A DNA stretch of 64,000 bases from Felis catus. Lineage: Eukaryota. A model generated the notes under the pieces. The model did no database searches and was not told where the DNA came from. It saw only the letters and a list, made by a program, of their open reading frames with translations. This document shows, one piece after another, positions 1 through 13,673 of the stretch. The DNA is taken from positions 154,134,001 to 154,198,000 of the forward strand of contig NC_058368.1 in NCBI RefSeq assembly GCF_018350175.1. The letters are read 5' to 3'. The position numbers and the translations under genes are program-made. Within the stretch, counting starts at the first letter, position 1. Each line of letters begins with the position of its first letter.

Positions 1-2965
1 GAATTGTCCCATTTATTATTATATAGTGACTCTCGTTGTCTCTTGTTACAGTCTTTGGTTTAACGTCTATTTTGTCTTATATAAATACTGCTCCTCCAAC
101 TTTCTTTTGACAACTGTTTGCATGGTAGATGTTTCTCCCTCCCCTCTCTTGTAATCTACAGGTGTCTTTAGGTTAACATGAGTCTCTGTAGGCAGCATAT
201 ACATGAGTCTTATTTTTGTTTTGTTTTGTGTTGTTGTTGTTAACCCATTCTACCACCGTATGTCTTCTGAGTGGAACATTTGACCCATTTACATTCAAAC
301 TAATTATTTATAGGGTTGCCTGGGTGGCTCAGTTGGTTAAGCATCCAATTTTGTTTCAGGTCATTATTTCATGGTTTGTGGGTTTGAGCTCTGCATCAGG
401 GTCTGAGCTGTCAGCACAGGGCTGGAGTCTGCTTCAGATTCTGTGTCTCCCTTTCTCTCTGCCCCTCCCCCCTAGCACTCTGTCTCTCTCAAAAATAAAC
501 ACTAATTTTTTTTTGAAAACAAAACCAGAGTAATTGTTTATAGATAGGTATTTATTGCCATTTTAATACTTGTTTTGTGACTGTTTCTGAAGATTTTCTG
601 ATTGTTTCTCTCTTTCATGGTTTGCTGGTTTTCTATAATGGTATAATTAGATTTCTTTCTCTGTATTCTTTGTGTACTTATTAGTAGTTATTGATTTGTG
701 GTTGCCATGCGTTTGTATGTAATGTCTTCTGCATATAGCAGTCTCTATTAAGTTGATGGTCATTTAAGTTTAAACCCATTCTTTACTCAGCTCCTCCCCA
801 GGTTTTAGGCATATGGTGTCACATTTTACATCCTTTTATTATGTGAGTTCTTGGTTTTTTACAGAAATATTTATTTTTACTGCTTTTGTATTTTTGACCT
901 ATATACTGTCACTTTTGATCTTTCCACTCAGAGTCCCTTTTAGTATTTCTTACAGGACTGGTTTGGTGATCACAAACTCCTTTAGTTTTTGTTTATCTGA
1001 GAAACTCTATCTCTGTTTCTATTCTGAATGATAAACTTGGTAGACAGAGCATTCTTGGCTGCAGATTTTTCCCATTCAGTGCTTTGAATATATCATGCCA
1101 TTTCTTCTGGTTCAGAAAGTTTCCACTGAAAAATCCCTGATAACTTTATGGGCTTTCCCTTGTATGTTATTATCTTCTGTCTTGCTGCTTTTAATTTTTT
1201 TTTTATTTATCACTGTATTTTGCCAACTTAATTACCATATATCTTGGTGGGATCTGCATTTGTTGAAGTTTTGGGGAACTTGCTGTGCCTCCTGGACCTG
1301 GATATTTATTTCCTACCCCAGATTAGGGACATTTTCAGCTATTATTTCTTCAAATAAATTTTCTGCCCCCAAAAGGGGGAAGAAAGAGAGAAAACTCTCT
1401 TCTGAGACTTGTATACTACCAATGTTACTATATTTGATGGAGTTCCAGAGTTCCCTAAGTCTCTTTTTGAGTTGCATATTTCTTTTTTCTTCTGTCCATC
1501 TTGATTACTTTCCATTACTCTTCCAGGTCTTTAATTCATTCCTCTGCTTCTTATAGCCTGCAGTTAATTTCATCAAGCATGTTTCCAATCTTGTTTATTA
1601 CACTCTCCATCTCTTACTGGTTCTTATTTATCTCTTTAAGGATCTCACTGATGTCTTCCATTCTTTTCTTAAGCCTGTTGAGTGTCCTTATGCTCTATCA
1701 TTGGTTTAAATACTCAGCAAGGCACGTTACTCAAATCTGTTTCACGTAGGTCTCCAGCCATGGCCTTGTCCTGTTCTTACATATAGGAGAAATTTACTGT
1801 ATTCTCATTTTGCCTAAGTCTCTGTGCCTATTTTGTGTTTTTGCAAAGTCAGCTATGTATCCTGTTTTTGATGGTAAAGGCCTTATACAAAATCCTGTAG
1901 TGACCTGTCATGTGGCATCCCCTGTTCCTCAGGGCCTGGCACTTCCAAGAGTGTCTCTAATGTGTGCTGCGTGTTCTCTGCTGTTTTGTCTTGGCCTCTG
2001 TATCCTTTAGGCCAGTCGTCTTCAGAGTTTCTGTTTGTCTCTTGTGGACAGTGGTTGGTCCCTGCTCTGAATGTGGCAAGTTTTAACTAGGTGTGCTCTG
2101 GTTTGGCCTGCTTGTGAAATGAGCCCTGTCAATATTGCCACTGCAACTGAGGTTTTGCAAAATTTCTGGGGATGTTGTCAAGGGCTTGTGCTTGTTTTCT
2201 GGGCAAGGGGGACCAATGAGGTGGGACTGAAGGAAGTGTGACTGGGAAGGACAGTTACACTGAAGCATGAGAAGGTTTAGCTTGGTATAAGCAAGTTAGT
2301 TAGTGAGTGTTGGCCCGGTGCTGATTGCTGTAGGTGGCCCTGTGCTTATGCTGAGGGGCTAGGGAAGGAAGTGACACCCGCCAGTTCCTTTATTCCTAGA
2401 GAGGAGTTTCTCTGTGAATGTTGCCTCTCTGGGACACTCTCTGAAATGAGTAAATAACCTCCCCAGTGTGCACCAGGTTGTCTTCAGATCACTGTTTTCA
2501 CCCTTTATATCTGCATGCTCTTTGCCTTGCCTTGTCTCCAACTGTGGTCCCAATGCCTCTGAGCTCTATCTAAGGCACGCCTGTTGACCTTTGAAACTCC
2601 AGGCTTTAAGCCCTGCTGGTTGCAAGAACTCAAAAAATTTGGGCCCTCTAGATTTCCAAGCCAATTGCTATAGGAATTTTTTTTCCTTGTGCTTTCTCCT
2701 GTGTGTTAGTCTATCTCTTGACCTTCTCTGTGATCATAGCTCTCTCCTCACCACAATGGCCATGACCTATTTCCCTCCAAAACCATGTCTCCCCACTTCC
2801 TACCTTCTTCATTGTGGCCTCTTCTCTATATTTAGTTGTGGAGTTTGTTCTACCAGTCTTCAGTTTGATTTCTAGGGTATTCAGGATGACACAATAATTA
2901 TCTAGTTGTATTTCTCGAGACAAGGAGAGCCTAGCATCCTCCTATTCTGCTGCCTTCTCCCCCTT
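1..2965 (-). mobile_element. LINE-1 5' part (5'UTR, ORF1 remnant, start of ORF2 endonuclease); runs off the left edge
   Basis: Minus strand of 1-300 reads ICCLQ.TH..KDTCRL....IYHAN..QKK.G.A.FI*DKID.KPKTVTRDNESHYIIINGTI (L1 ORF2 endonuclease). ORF2 ATG is at 561 (MAINTYL..). About 930-1140 gives the ORF1p C-terminus (DFSVET..WHDIFKALNGKNLQPR..KQKLKEFVITKP.L*EILKG). The GC-richer 5'UTR ends near 2965 in a GGGGAG..GGCAG.AGAATAGG-like start. Stops and frameshifts throughout. Confidence 0.93.
313..530 (+). mobile_element. Can-SINE nested in L1 ORF2
   Basis: GGG..GCCTGGGTGGCTCAGTTGGTTAAGC tRNA-derived head, CT-rich body, A-rich tail; TSD taattatttata (301-312) / taattgtttata (531-542). Confidence 0.96.
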
Positions 2966-2969
2966 CTCT

Positions 2970-3225
2970 AGATACATACCTTTTCGTCTCATAAATAATG
3001 TGAAATATTTTCTCCCAGTCAGTGGCTTGCTTCTGTATTTATTTTAAGTATCTTTCCATGAATGGAGTTTTAATTTCAGTAAAGTTGAGCCTTAAGGTTG
3101 AAATTTTGCTTTTTGTAGGTGTGTTGCTATTGTATGTTGCATAAAAATGTAATAGATTTTTTAAAATTGATCTTCTTTTTTATTTTAGAGGGAGAGTGCA
3201 AGTGGGAGAGAGGGGCAGAGGGAGG

Positions 3226-3273
<48 letters not shown>

Positions 3274-3450
3274 ATCTTAAGCAGGCTTCACACTCCATGA
3301 AGGGCTCATTCTCACAACCATGAGGTCATGACCTGAGCTGAAATCGAGTTAGATTCTAAACTGATTGAGCCACTCAGACACACTTATATTGATCCTTTAT
3401 ACTGAGACTTTGCTGATTTCACTTATTAGGCCTAGTAGCTTTTTAGATTT
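2970..3450 (-). mobile_element. Old L1 (L1M-type) ORF2 fragment, interrupted by a SINE
   Basis: aaatattttctcccagtc..tggcttg and ..ttgatc..tatactgagactttgctg..ttcacttattag are typical antisense L1M ORF2 sequence; heavily diverged. Confidence 0.6.
3173..3383 (-). mobile_element. Can-SINE (older subfamily) with (GA)n
   Basis: Antisense SINE: T tail, (GA)n at about 3230-3268, tcttaagcaggc..acctgagctgaaatc..tgagccactcag; TSD-like ttaaaattgatc / ttatattgatc. Confidence 0.92.
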
Positions 3451-6439
3451 GTTTTGCATTTTAAGAATTCATTCAGATTTGTTATTTATAGAATTGTTAA
3501 GAACAAATAGACTTTAATCATTTTAGAAAATGTTACCACTCAGGTTTTATCAGGACCTGTTAAAAATAAGATTTAAAATAGCAAAAGCATTAAAAAAAGA
3601 ATAAGAAGAAAATAAATTTCTTTAATTCAGTTACTTAGAAGTAGAGTTTGAATTCTGATTTTTAAAATTTGCTTGGGTGGATATCTAACCAGTTCATTGA
3701 ATCCTTTGTGTGTCATCTAATGGCTGTTTTGTGTCAGTTATCCAAGTCTCTCCCAGTAATAGGTCTCAAAGATACAATACAGAAATATGCTGAGTCTGTA
3801 GAGTCTCTAAGCCCAAAAGTATGCTCCAAGTGAGTGAAGACCCTTGACATGAGAAGATTATATGAGAACATAATAAAAAGAGCTCTAGCTGGGGCATTTA
3901 CAAGAGCTAGACTGACACATTAAATCTCTTGAGGCCCTGAGGAGAAGGTAGAGTAACAGCTAAGAATCTTTCTGGGTTACAGCTTTCTATAGTATAAAGA
4001 ACATTATTAAAAGGATACAGGGTTACCAGGTAAGGTTTAAATAATTATGGCTAATATATAAATAATTGGTAAATTATAGTATAGACTTTATAATTTTGTA
4101 AAATTATAATTTATTTTGTATGTAGAGCCTTATATTTGTGAACCCTAAATTTTAAGAACTTATAATCTTATAAATGGAAATTTTAAATTCCTTCTTGATA
4201 TTAAATGGCTGCCTACATACACTTATAGTATAAGCTGTAGGGCAGAAACAGAATCCGTTTCCACTTGAACATTATGGCAGATGCCTCTAGAAACACTATA
4301 AAAATGACTAAAATATATGATGCTGGAATGCCTAGTATTAAGTTGCTGCTGATTCTTCAAGTAGTAAACAGTGAGGAATAAGATGTGTAGCTTTTGAAGT
4401 GACAAGAGCTATATCTAGTCACTAGGGTACTGTTGAGAAAATATCTGCTCAGTGCATACAGTATATTGGTGTTTCCCCATAATTTATCTGAAAACTTACA
4501 ATGTGACTAGAGCCTAGTGAACAGAGAGGAGACTGGGACTAGATGAAATTAGTTAGGAAACAAAGAGCATTTTCCAGATGAAGATGAGGAAAATGGGTCT
4601 TATCCTATATATAAATGGTAGCCAATAAAATTTTAGTGATAGGATGACATGGCCATGTTTGGGTCAGAGGATTAATCTTTTTGTAATATCAAATCAATAA
4701 AGCAAACTGGACAAAAGAAGAGGAATCAAGTTTGAATACTGGGTTGCTGAACTGAACCTTTAGAACAAAGGCCAGGACAAATAAGTAGAATTAAATTGAT
4801 TCATTGGGTGAAAAATCACATAAAAACCTGTGATTTCTAAAACTACACTTATTGCTTAAAGCTAGCTATACTTAAAAAACCACTGATTGAGCTGTTGGGA
4901 CTAATTCTTTGGAAACTCTAATGGGTGGTGTCCAACTTTAGGAGAATTAAAAATTATTAATGATTAGGCTCCACTTAATTTGTAAATTAATGGCATTCCA
5001 GTGAGATATATAGTAAAACTTCATCAGGTTAAAAAATCAATTGCCTAATCTTCTTTATACTTTAAAAATAGTTTATTTGAGAACATAAAGTGGAAATCCA
5101 GATCTCCAAATGTATTATGTTACCTTCATTCTGAACTGATGGTTATTATCATTAATTTTGTTAATTCCACACTTTCCAAGCTTTTATTTTGAATTGATAT
5201 ACTGGTTTTTATATATCACACTTGCAAAAAATAAAGTATAATAAATGTCCACACTCTTTCATATTGTTTAATACAAAAGTCATATATTTTGTGTTCCCTT
5301 AATATTGTTATTAAATGGTATTATGGTTTTGGATGACACATTCAAACTCTATACCACTCTACGCCAGAAAATTCTGAATTTCTAGAATTAAATGGGTAAT
5401 GAAAAGGGGTGGGGATATGGGAGATACTTTAACTCTTAACAATTAACTATGCAAACTTGGACATGTAAATAGATTCAATGTGATGTTCTACAGGCTTCTA
5501 TTTTAAACAGCCCTGTTTTCAAATCTGTGGACATTGAATTTTGTAACTTTTGGGCATGGGAAAAAGAGTACATGGAAAGCGAGGCCATGTAGAGAAATGG
5601 CAGGTGGTCCCTTCTGGGGAAGGAGAAGAATGCCTGTTCTTATTAACCCTAGTATCCTCTTTCCCCAAACTCCAAGGTTTTAGAAAACGTACATCTCCTA
5701 ACCATAAAATGTATTAAAATTATGGTCAGTGTGCTAGAAATTTTAGAGCTACAGGATTTGATTCATTTCTGAGTATACCTAAAATGGACAGCTTTCATGT
5801 AACACAAAGTTGTAGCTTAATTAGGACAAACAGGGAAAGCTCAGTTTTACCTTAAAACTCCTGGCTCCTTAGCTGTGCCTACTCACTTAAGAACCTCAAA
5901 TAAAGGCACTCCATATGTTATGTAACTGAACTTTCTGCACTTCATTTAACACATTATCATGGGGTTCCCTTTAATTATATAACATTTCCTTCAAATGAAG
6001 GATTTGGACAGATTGAGCTCTGTAATCCTGTGGTCAAACCACTTCTCATTTTCCATGTATGTGTCTGGCTTTTATTTATGTCAGATCATTTATTTTTTGG
6101 TTTTTATCCAAGTTCCAAGCACATTAAAGACTTCACTTTCTTCTAGGTTCTCATGTAACACATTTTGACTAGCTAATCCAATTCCTTTAACATTTTTAGT
6201 AGCCATTTATAAACTCAGATACTACTTACATTAATATTGGATCATGGTTGGGTGTGTACGGGTATAGACATAATTACTTGATGGCATAAGAGGGGGAAAG
6301 TCATCCTTGTTCTCATTCTACATTCACAAAGTAACCTGGTTACAATTTGACTTGACTAATAAAGAGAAAATGTTTTGGTCCACAATTTGAAAATCCAGTT
6401 GCCTTACTTGGTTTAGATTATGGCAATTTACCAAAATAT

Positions 6440-6764
6440 CGTTCTACATACAAAAAAAATTGTACTTGTCTGCCTCTTGTGTGGTCTTGGGCTTGCATTG
6501 GCTGGTGAAATTTGAGTGGAATTAACATATGATGTGTCATTCTCCATGTTCTATCTTGTGTGACTGGGGTAATTGTGAAAGTATCCATTGATAGGGGAGG
6601 TGCCAAAAGCTTAGAGCAGCTGGGAATGCTAAACACAGCCCTGGAGAGCTACCTGAACCCATGGTGAAATTTGTGTGACTGAGAAGTTAACTCATTAAGA
6701 TATGCCACTGATATTTTGCAGTTGTTTTGACCATAGCATATGCTAGCCTATTCTGATTCATACA
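6440..6764 (+). mobile_element. MaLR solo LTR (old MLT1 type)
   Basis: 3' end gccactgatattttgcagttgttttg..catagcata..ctagcctattctgattcataca resembles the MLT1 terminus; 5' boundary uncertain. Confidence 0.7.
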
Positions 6765-8635
6765 CCTGAAACTTTTTGATAGTGATATTTAACAGTGTCT
6801 ATTGATATGATGATACTTTTTAAATTAAAAAATGAGGTTGCTGAATTTGATTACTTTATATGTTTCTATGTTTTATATACTTTATGCTAACTATATATTA
6901 ATGTATATTTTTTTCAGAGAATGTTTAGAGGTTATCTTTGATCACTTTTTATACTATTATTTATTTTCCTCTCAGTATATGTCTACTACCTTCCTCCCAT
7001 ACATTTTCATTAAATATAAATCTCATATTAATACAGCTTTTTCCAAACCAAAATAATCACTCCTCAGAAGCAATTACTACATCTTTTTATAGAAATACAA
7101 CTATAAAATAAAGATGGGAAAGATGATATTACTTTGCTGTTATCTTTTCAGTGATGAAGCCATTCCTAGAGCTTCATTGTTGAGTTGTTGATACTAAACC
7201 CAGAAATTGAGCATTACGTTAAATTCTCAAGATCATTTTCTTACATACAAAGTTATAAAATGTTATTACTTTAATATAAACACACATGCCTTTTGGTGTT
7301 TTGTTTTTAGGCAGCTTAATTTAATTACCTACATCTTGCATGACTCTTAATTTCACTTTAATATTAAATCTACATGTACAGAAAGCACAAAAATATGTTA
7401 AAACATGAAGCATATTCACTTGTAGTATCAGGGCTCTATCACACATATGAAAGGGCTTAGTTAAAATTCATATAGAAATTCAGAACCTGACCAAAGGGAA
7501 ACTTGTATAAATTGGAACATTAGAATAGGGGGAGAAATTTCTCAAGGGATCCAACCCATTTGTGTCGATGGGAACTTTGAACATAGAACTTAGAAATAGA
7601 ACATGAAACCTTGGTGAAACTTCACATATTGGCAACTTTTCCATGATTTCTTTTCCTTGCAAATAAAATGGTGATCATAACCGTGCTTTCTTCTTTGCAT
7701 GATTGCCAAACTAAAGACACGGGGAGTTGAGGTTTACTGGATAACATTTTCAAAAGAGAATCAAGGATGGATATTGAGGGTCAGAAACTCCCACCTGCCT
7801 AGATGCCCACAGGCATATGCATATTTGAGGGCTGTAGTGAGGCAGCTTGTAGTAGCAGAGCATAGACATCCACCATAGCCAAAGGCTCAAGAAAAAGATG
7901 GAGAAAGGGCAAGGTAGGAACAGGGCAGGATTATTGAGTATGGCTAAAGATGCCTGTTAGGAGGACCTCTTAACAGAACTCAAAATGCTCTATAGGAATG
8001 GAGGCAGTGAGCAGAGTAGAGGAAGGGCGAGATAAACAGGTTACTGCAAACCATCCCCTAGCAGTTCACTGTAGTTCTGCAGATTGGGCAAGACAGTTCA
8101 GAGACAGATGTGGGAGTCACAGTAATAGACCAAGAACAGGGAACAAAGGATGTGAGTGGCAAATGAGAAGGTTATATAGACACATACCTGAGACATGCAC
8201 CAACCCATATGGCATCTTTGAATATTCCCCCACATTGTCTGTGGGAGAGCTGGAAGGAAATGGATATATGGCTCACTTGTCCAGGATTTGAGCAGGTATC
8301 CATGAGAGCCTATTAAAACAGTTAGGAATTATGTTGAAGAATTTTTTCCCCGAAGCTAGATTTCTTAGCTTGATATCCCAGCATCACTAAGCATTTGTGA
8401 GTCCTTTGTGAAAGTTAAATAAATTTTCTCCACCTCATTCCACCTATCTCTTGAAGGTAGTGTAAGTTGGACTTATTCCCTAGGTTGGCATGACTAATAA
8501 ATATACTTGTGGTTATAAAATAGCACTTTCTGCTGCTGCTAAAACTTTTATTATTAATATGAAATAATCAGTTTTCTAAAAGGCAATAAGATAGGAAATG
8601 GGTACATATAGTCCCTTGAACACAGGTCTTTTTCT

Positions 8636-8677
<42 letters not shown>

Positions 8678-8792
8678 GTATATATATATACACATGTATA
8701 TATATAGTATATATAGTACATATATACATACAGACATGTATATACATGTATATACATGTATATATGTATATATAGTACATATATACATACAG
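8636..8792. repeat. Compound (TA)n / TATACA / TACATG microsatellite
   Basis: About 155 bp of mostly alternating purine-pyrimidine sequence, directly visible. Confidence 0.97.
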
Positions 8793-10569
8793 ACAGCAAC
8801 ACTGATCATGATTGCATTTTAATTTTGATTTTTGGGAATATCAGAGAAAATTCAATGGACTTGATAGTCTCTATTTGTATTTAATTAAACACTACTTGCT
8901 ATTTCTTACATCTTTTACCACTCAGCCACCTCCATCTAGTTACCTTTATTTTCTTTTAGGCAATGAGTTTCTCTAAGCTTCATCAAATCCTTTTAGGTAA
9001 ATAAGGTCATACTGGTTTTGGTTGGTGTATAGGGCTTGTGAAGAGTCATAATAAAAGCTGTGCTTATATATCACAGACTGGATATCTTTGCCAATGAGGG
9101 ACTAGTAAAAATATCTGAACAGGGGAGAGTCATAATAATTTTGGAAATTACTCTGGCATTAATATTTAAAAATAAGTAGAAAGGGTAAGAGACTGAAAGC
9201 ATAGAGGTCAGTTAGGATATAAAAATCTGGGTCTAAGGTAATGAATGATTAAATTATAGCAGTTTTTATAGGAGTAAGAAAGAAGTGCTAAGTTTGAGGA
9301 GATTAAATTGATAGAACTTGGACAAAATGATTGAATATTGGAACAAGGACGCAAGGGCAGTCAAATCTACATGGGATTGGACATTTTCCTCAGTAATATT
9401 TAATAATCATGCATTTTTTTTTGCAGAGCTTCCTGAAGTGAAAAAAAAATCTTAGCTCTACACATCATTCAGATTTTAAAATGTGTATTTTGAGCAGTTG
9501 TAGAGAGAAAGACTTCTATGGAGTTAATGATAATATTCTTATATTAGCATGTGAGTTGATCAGTTTATGCCTGTAGAGAAAACACAGAAAACGGGCAGAA
9601 TCTGAAGAACATACAAATCCCATCTAAACCCTGTAGACGATATTCCCCTGTAATAACAAACTGAGGATTTTTTAAACTAGTTTAATATCAAAGAAGAAGT
9701 GAGAAATTATAACAGTGGTTTAAAACTAGTCTCCCCTGGATCTCCAAGGGATCTGTGCAGCAATCCCTTGGGACTTGGGAAGTGGGGAAGACAGGCAGGC
9801 TGAGTGGCTTGAGCTTTCTATTCCTAATTGCTGCTTCTCACCTGAACCATTCATCTGTTTTATGGGCTTTAATAATGGGCTCACCGTTATAAGATCGTTT
9901 GAAGAGATAATTCTGTGGCTAAAGAATTGGGAAGTCTGTCTTGATGGTACTTGTGGTTCTTGAATATGCTTATGTTAGGATTAAGTACATTGCAATATCC
10001 TCATTTCCCAGCATCTGTTCAGTTTTTTAGGTCTTCACAGAAAGTCTTAACTCAAAGGACCCCATTTGGGTATTGTTTTGTGTGCTATGTGGACTTGAGG
10101 GTATGCAGTAGCCATTGTAGTCAGGCTTCTAGTGCCTGCAGCAGGTGGGGCAGAAAGAAGTCCTTTTGACTTCCTGGATTCTTCCGGGCCTCTCCTCTGG
10201 CAAGTTACACATCATGCTCTGGGCAAGGTCACTTGCCCTATGGCATTTTTATAGACAAGGTTCTTCTGAAGGCATCAGAGGCACACTTTTATTTTCTCGG
10301 GTCCCAGACCAATATATCTTGAAGAACATAATTACTTCATTAAGGTTTCTGCAGATACCCCGATGGGAAAATGCAGGAATAAGAGGCAGTTTCCTTTGAC
10401 ATTGAGATGCCCCCCCCCCCACCCCAGGAAGGGTTTTGGCAAGGAACAAAGTTCTATGGTTGAAAGAAAGACCTAGCATATAGAACGTGGTGTAAGAGTT
10501 TGCAGGTACAATTTTGTAGACTCTTAAAATGACCTGAATGATTTTGAGATATTAAAAGATGTGATGGAG

Positions 10570-11143
10570 TATATTAGTTATCTATTACTTCATAACAGAC
10601 AACCATCAAATTTGGTGCTTTACAACAAAATTATTTTCTCTCATAGTTGCTATGTGTCAGGAATGTGTATAAGGCACAGTGGACGTGGCTCGTCTGTTTA
10701 GTGACGTTTTGGGCTTCATTTGGAAAAGTTGAAAAGTGAGTGCTGGAACAGGCTGAATATATGTCACTCACATGTCTGGTGGTGGATGCTGGCTATTGGC
10801 TTGGACCTTAGCTGGAACTGTTGCCTGGAACTCTTAAATGTGGTATCTCCATGTGGCCTAGTCTTCCCCACAAGATGTTGGCTGGGTTCAGATAGACAGA
10901 CAGACGGAGTGACAGAGAAAGAGAACCGGGCAGAAATCATTTCATCTTCTATAATAGAGCCACAAAAGTCATCATGTTCATTCCACTAAACTCTGTTTAC
11001 AGTAGTTATGAAGGTGCCCTCAAGTTCAAGACAAAAAAGCATGGGTTACATCACTTGATGGAGATGTATTACTGTCACATTAAAGAAAAACATTTAAAAA
11101 AATACATAGGGCTACCCATCTTGGTATAGTGCAGTCTGCCACA
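10570..11143 (-). mobile_element. MaLR solo LTR (MLT1E/F-like), near full length
   Basis: Starts tatattagttatctattact..cataac.. and ends gtctgccaca, the reverse complements of the MLT1 ..AATACA and TGTGGCAGAC termini; internal cactcacatgtctgg..gctggctattggc..ctccatgtggcct. Confidence 0.85.
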
Positions 11144-13423
11144 TGAGCGAAGTAAAAAGAGTGTTGAAAATGATGAGCACATTATTGTGCTTTGTTCTGA
11201 AGTGCCAATCAAATCTTTCTCGTATCGGTTCTGAACCAGTTAAAAATGTACATATAGAAGTCAGCTTGATAAGGCAGAAACCTTCAATGGAAAATGCAAA
11301 TCCAAGTCTAAATCAGAATACATTTCCCACTGATAAGAATTTACTTGCCAACCCATAGAGCTGAGAAGACATACCCCGGTGAGTTTTTCCTCACTTGCAG
11401 CAAACCAGAGCAGAATATATGTGAGGACGGAAAGGATGAGAAAGAAAAAAAAAAAATAAATGTATATCTCTGGCCAAGGTACATTTTCTTTATTCTGTGG
11501 ACTCGTCTTCAGTTGAAGTACACTTGCGATGCTGCCAGATATAAAATGGAATCGAGGGCAGGCAGAGTCTTAACAGGTGTTGGTACAAACTTAAAGCTTC
11601 AAAGGGACTTGCTTTTCGCTGCCAAGAGGATCGATGCAGATGTACGCTTTGGCTTCTTTAGACTGAAATGGCCTAAATTCTCTTCCTTGAGAAAAGTTTG
11701 TGAATTTATTCCATGCTAAAACCCACTGTTATCTGACCAGCCAGGAAACATTTCTCCTTCAGAAATGGTCTCTTGTCATGAAATATTCAAACGAAAGACA
11801 GGCAAGGTTTTGATTTTTAATGATTCCATAAAACACGCTTTGTGGTCTGTTTTGGGGGTTTTTGTGGCTGTTGTTGTAGTCATTGGATTCAAGAGCCAGA
11901 CTTTTTAATGCATCTCTGCCTTTCTCTTTCCTGTCTCACTACTCTGACCGGCTTTGTGAAGCTCGGGCTGGAGGCTTTCCTACCTGATGGGCCTTTCCCG
12001 GGAACACAGGTAAATCACTGCCGCTGTGAGCACTCTTTGCAGAAGGTTAAATTTATTCCACGCTGTAGAGTAGGAACTCATCTCTGTAAATAATTTTATT
12101 ATGCTCCTTTATAAACATTTTGGTAGAGGAAAATTCCTGGTTTAACTCAATAACGTATTACACTTTCCCTGCCCCGCGAATTAGATTGATTACGGTGGCA
12201 TGTGAGATTGATAATCCATAGATCTGTGTTATGACAGCCATTGTTTTAGTGCCAAGCTGAAGAGGAATGCGTCCTTAAATGTATCATTGTATAAAATATT
12301 GACCTAGAGAACTTCATTATTCAAGCTGGAGAGACAGTCACTACTTAACAGTAATAAACTGTTTCTGTGTTACATTGAGAATACTTCGGGAAATATGAGA
12401 GTTGTCAAATCTCTTGAAAATCCTGTCTTTATAGTACACATGACACTAAAGCTATAGCTGTATTTTCTGCTAATAAAAGCAAAGGCACAGACAGATGTGA
12501 AGGATATCACGGCGCACTGACAAGAAACTAAGAAAAATGAATACCTGGTTGAGGAGTCGGAAAGACACAGGCCAATGACCTTGGGAAGCTGTACTCTTTC
12601 GAGATATTTTTGTTCTTGTAAGGAGTGCAAAGATAATGCTGCATTAGTGTAAAAAATAAAATAAACCTGAGGCTCTAAACCGAACACATTTTATGAAAAA
12701 TATCCTGAAGTGTCTCTTAACAAGAAGTCACGTGAGATGACATAAAAATACAAGATGCTGAATGCGAGCCAGAATATTTTAGAAAAGAAAGACATTTTTG
12801 AAGTTACCAAAAATGATATAAAGACATACAAAAAAATGACAATATGAACCAAAATGACATTTCTTTCATTTGTTAAATGAGAAAAGTCCTTGCTTCCTAT
12901 GAACCTTAACATCTCCTTTTGTCCTATTTTTGCATTGTTAGTGAAGCCTTTCCTCTTCTTTTAAGAAAACTGTGGCTAATATTATTTTTAAAAAGTATAA
13001 ATACCTTGCAAGCCTAAAAACCTCCCTTTTTTTAGGTTGTCTGCAAACTAAAAAAAAAAAAGAGAAGAATCAGAAAGCGTTAGCATATAAAAGTGCTAAT
13101 TGATGTTCAGTATAACTCGTCATCCTGAAGTGTCTCATTCTCAATAATTAAGAAAGAGTGTTTATTACAGTTTTGGTACTTGATTTTATTTTGCTCCAGT
13201 TTTCGAAATTTAGAATTCCATGAAAAATATATGTGGTAATACTCAGTTATTCAGAATACCAAATTTAACAAAATACCAGTACATATTTCTATTTTGATTT
13301 ATTTTAGAAACCTAAAGTTGGTTATATTTAACCAAGATGTTTTTGTTGTGATAAAACTTTATTTCTTTGATAAGACTTATAGGAAATACTGTAAATTATA
13401 TACTTAATTTAGAAATGACTATA

Positions 13424-13642
13424 GGGGTGCCTGGGTGGCTCAGGTGGTTACGGGTATGATCGCACATTTCGTGAGTTTGAGCCCTGCCTTGGGCTCTGTA
13501 CTGACAGCTCAGAGCCTGGAGCCTTCTTCAAATTCTATGTCTCCCTTTCTCTCTGTCTCTGCCCCACTCACATTCTGTTTTTCTCCTTCTCCCTCCCTCC
13601 CTCTCTGTCTCTCAAAAACAAACAAACATATAAATAAATGAA

Positions 13643-13673
<31 letters not shown>

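Noticed and set aside
1095..1749. 153-aa and 82-aa hydrophobic + strand ORFs
   Set aside because: They are the antisense of L1 ORF1; T-richness produces F/L/S-rich pseudo-membrane peptides.
7770..8300. Purine-rich block with a 97-aa ORF
   Set aside because: No recognisable protein or splice structure; may be an old LTR but I cannot assign it.
8554..8822. YI/YT-rich ORFs on both strands
   Set aside because: Translation of the TA-rich microsatellite.
10221..10238. 7-bp hairpin gggcaag-gtca-cttgccc containing CAAGGTCA
   Set aside because: Stems this short are expected by chance in 64 kb; no terminator or miRNA context.
11143..11719. Consecutive 71-aa and 124-aa ORFs as a gene or processed pseudogene
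   Set aside because: No recognisable homology, no polyA/TSD, and the second ORF starts at a non-ATG codon; kept only as part of the CpG-rich candidate.
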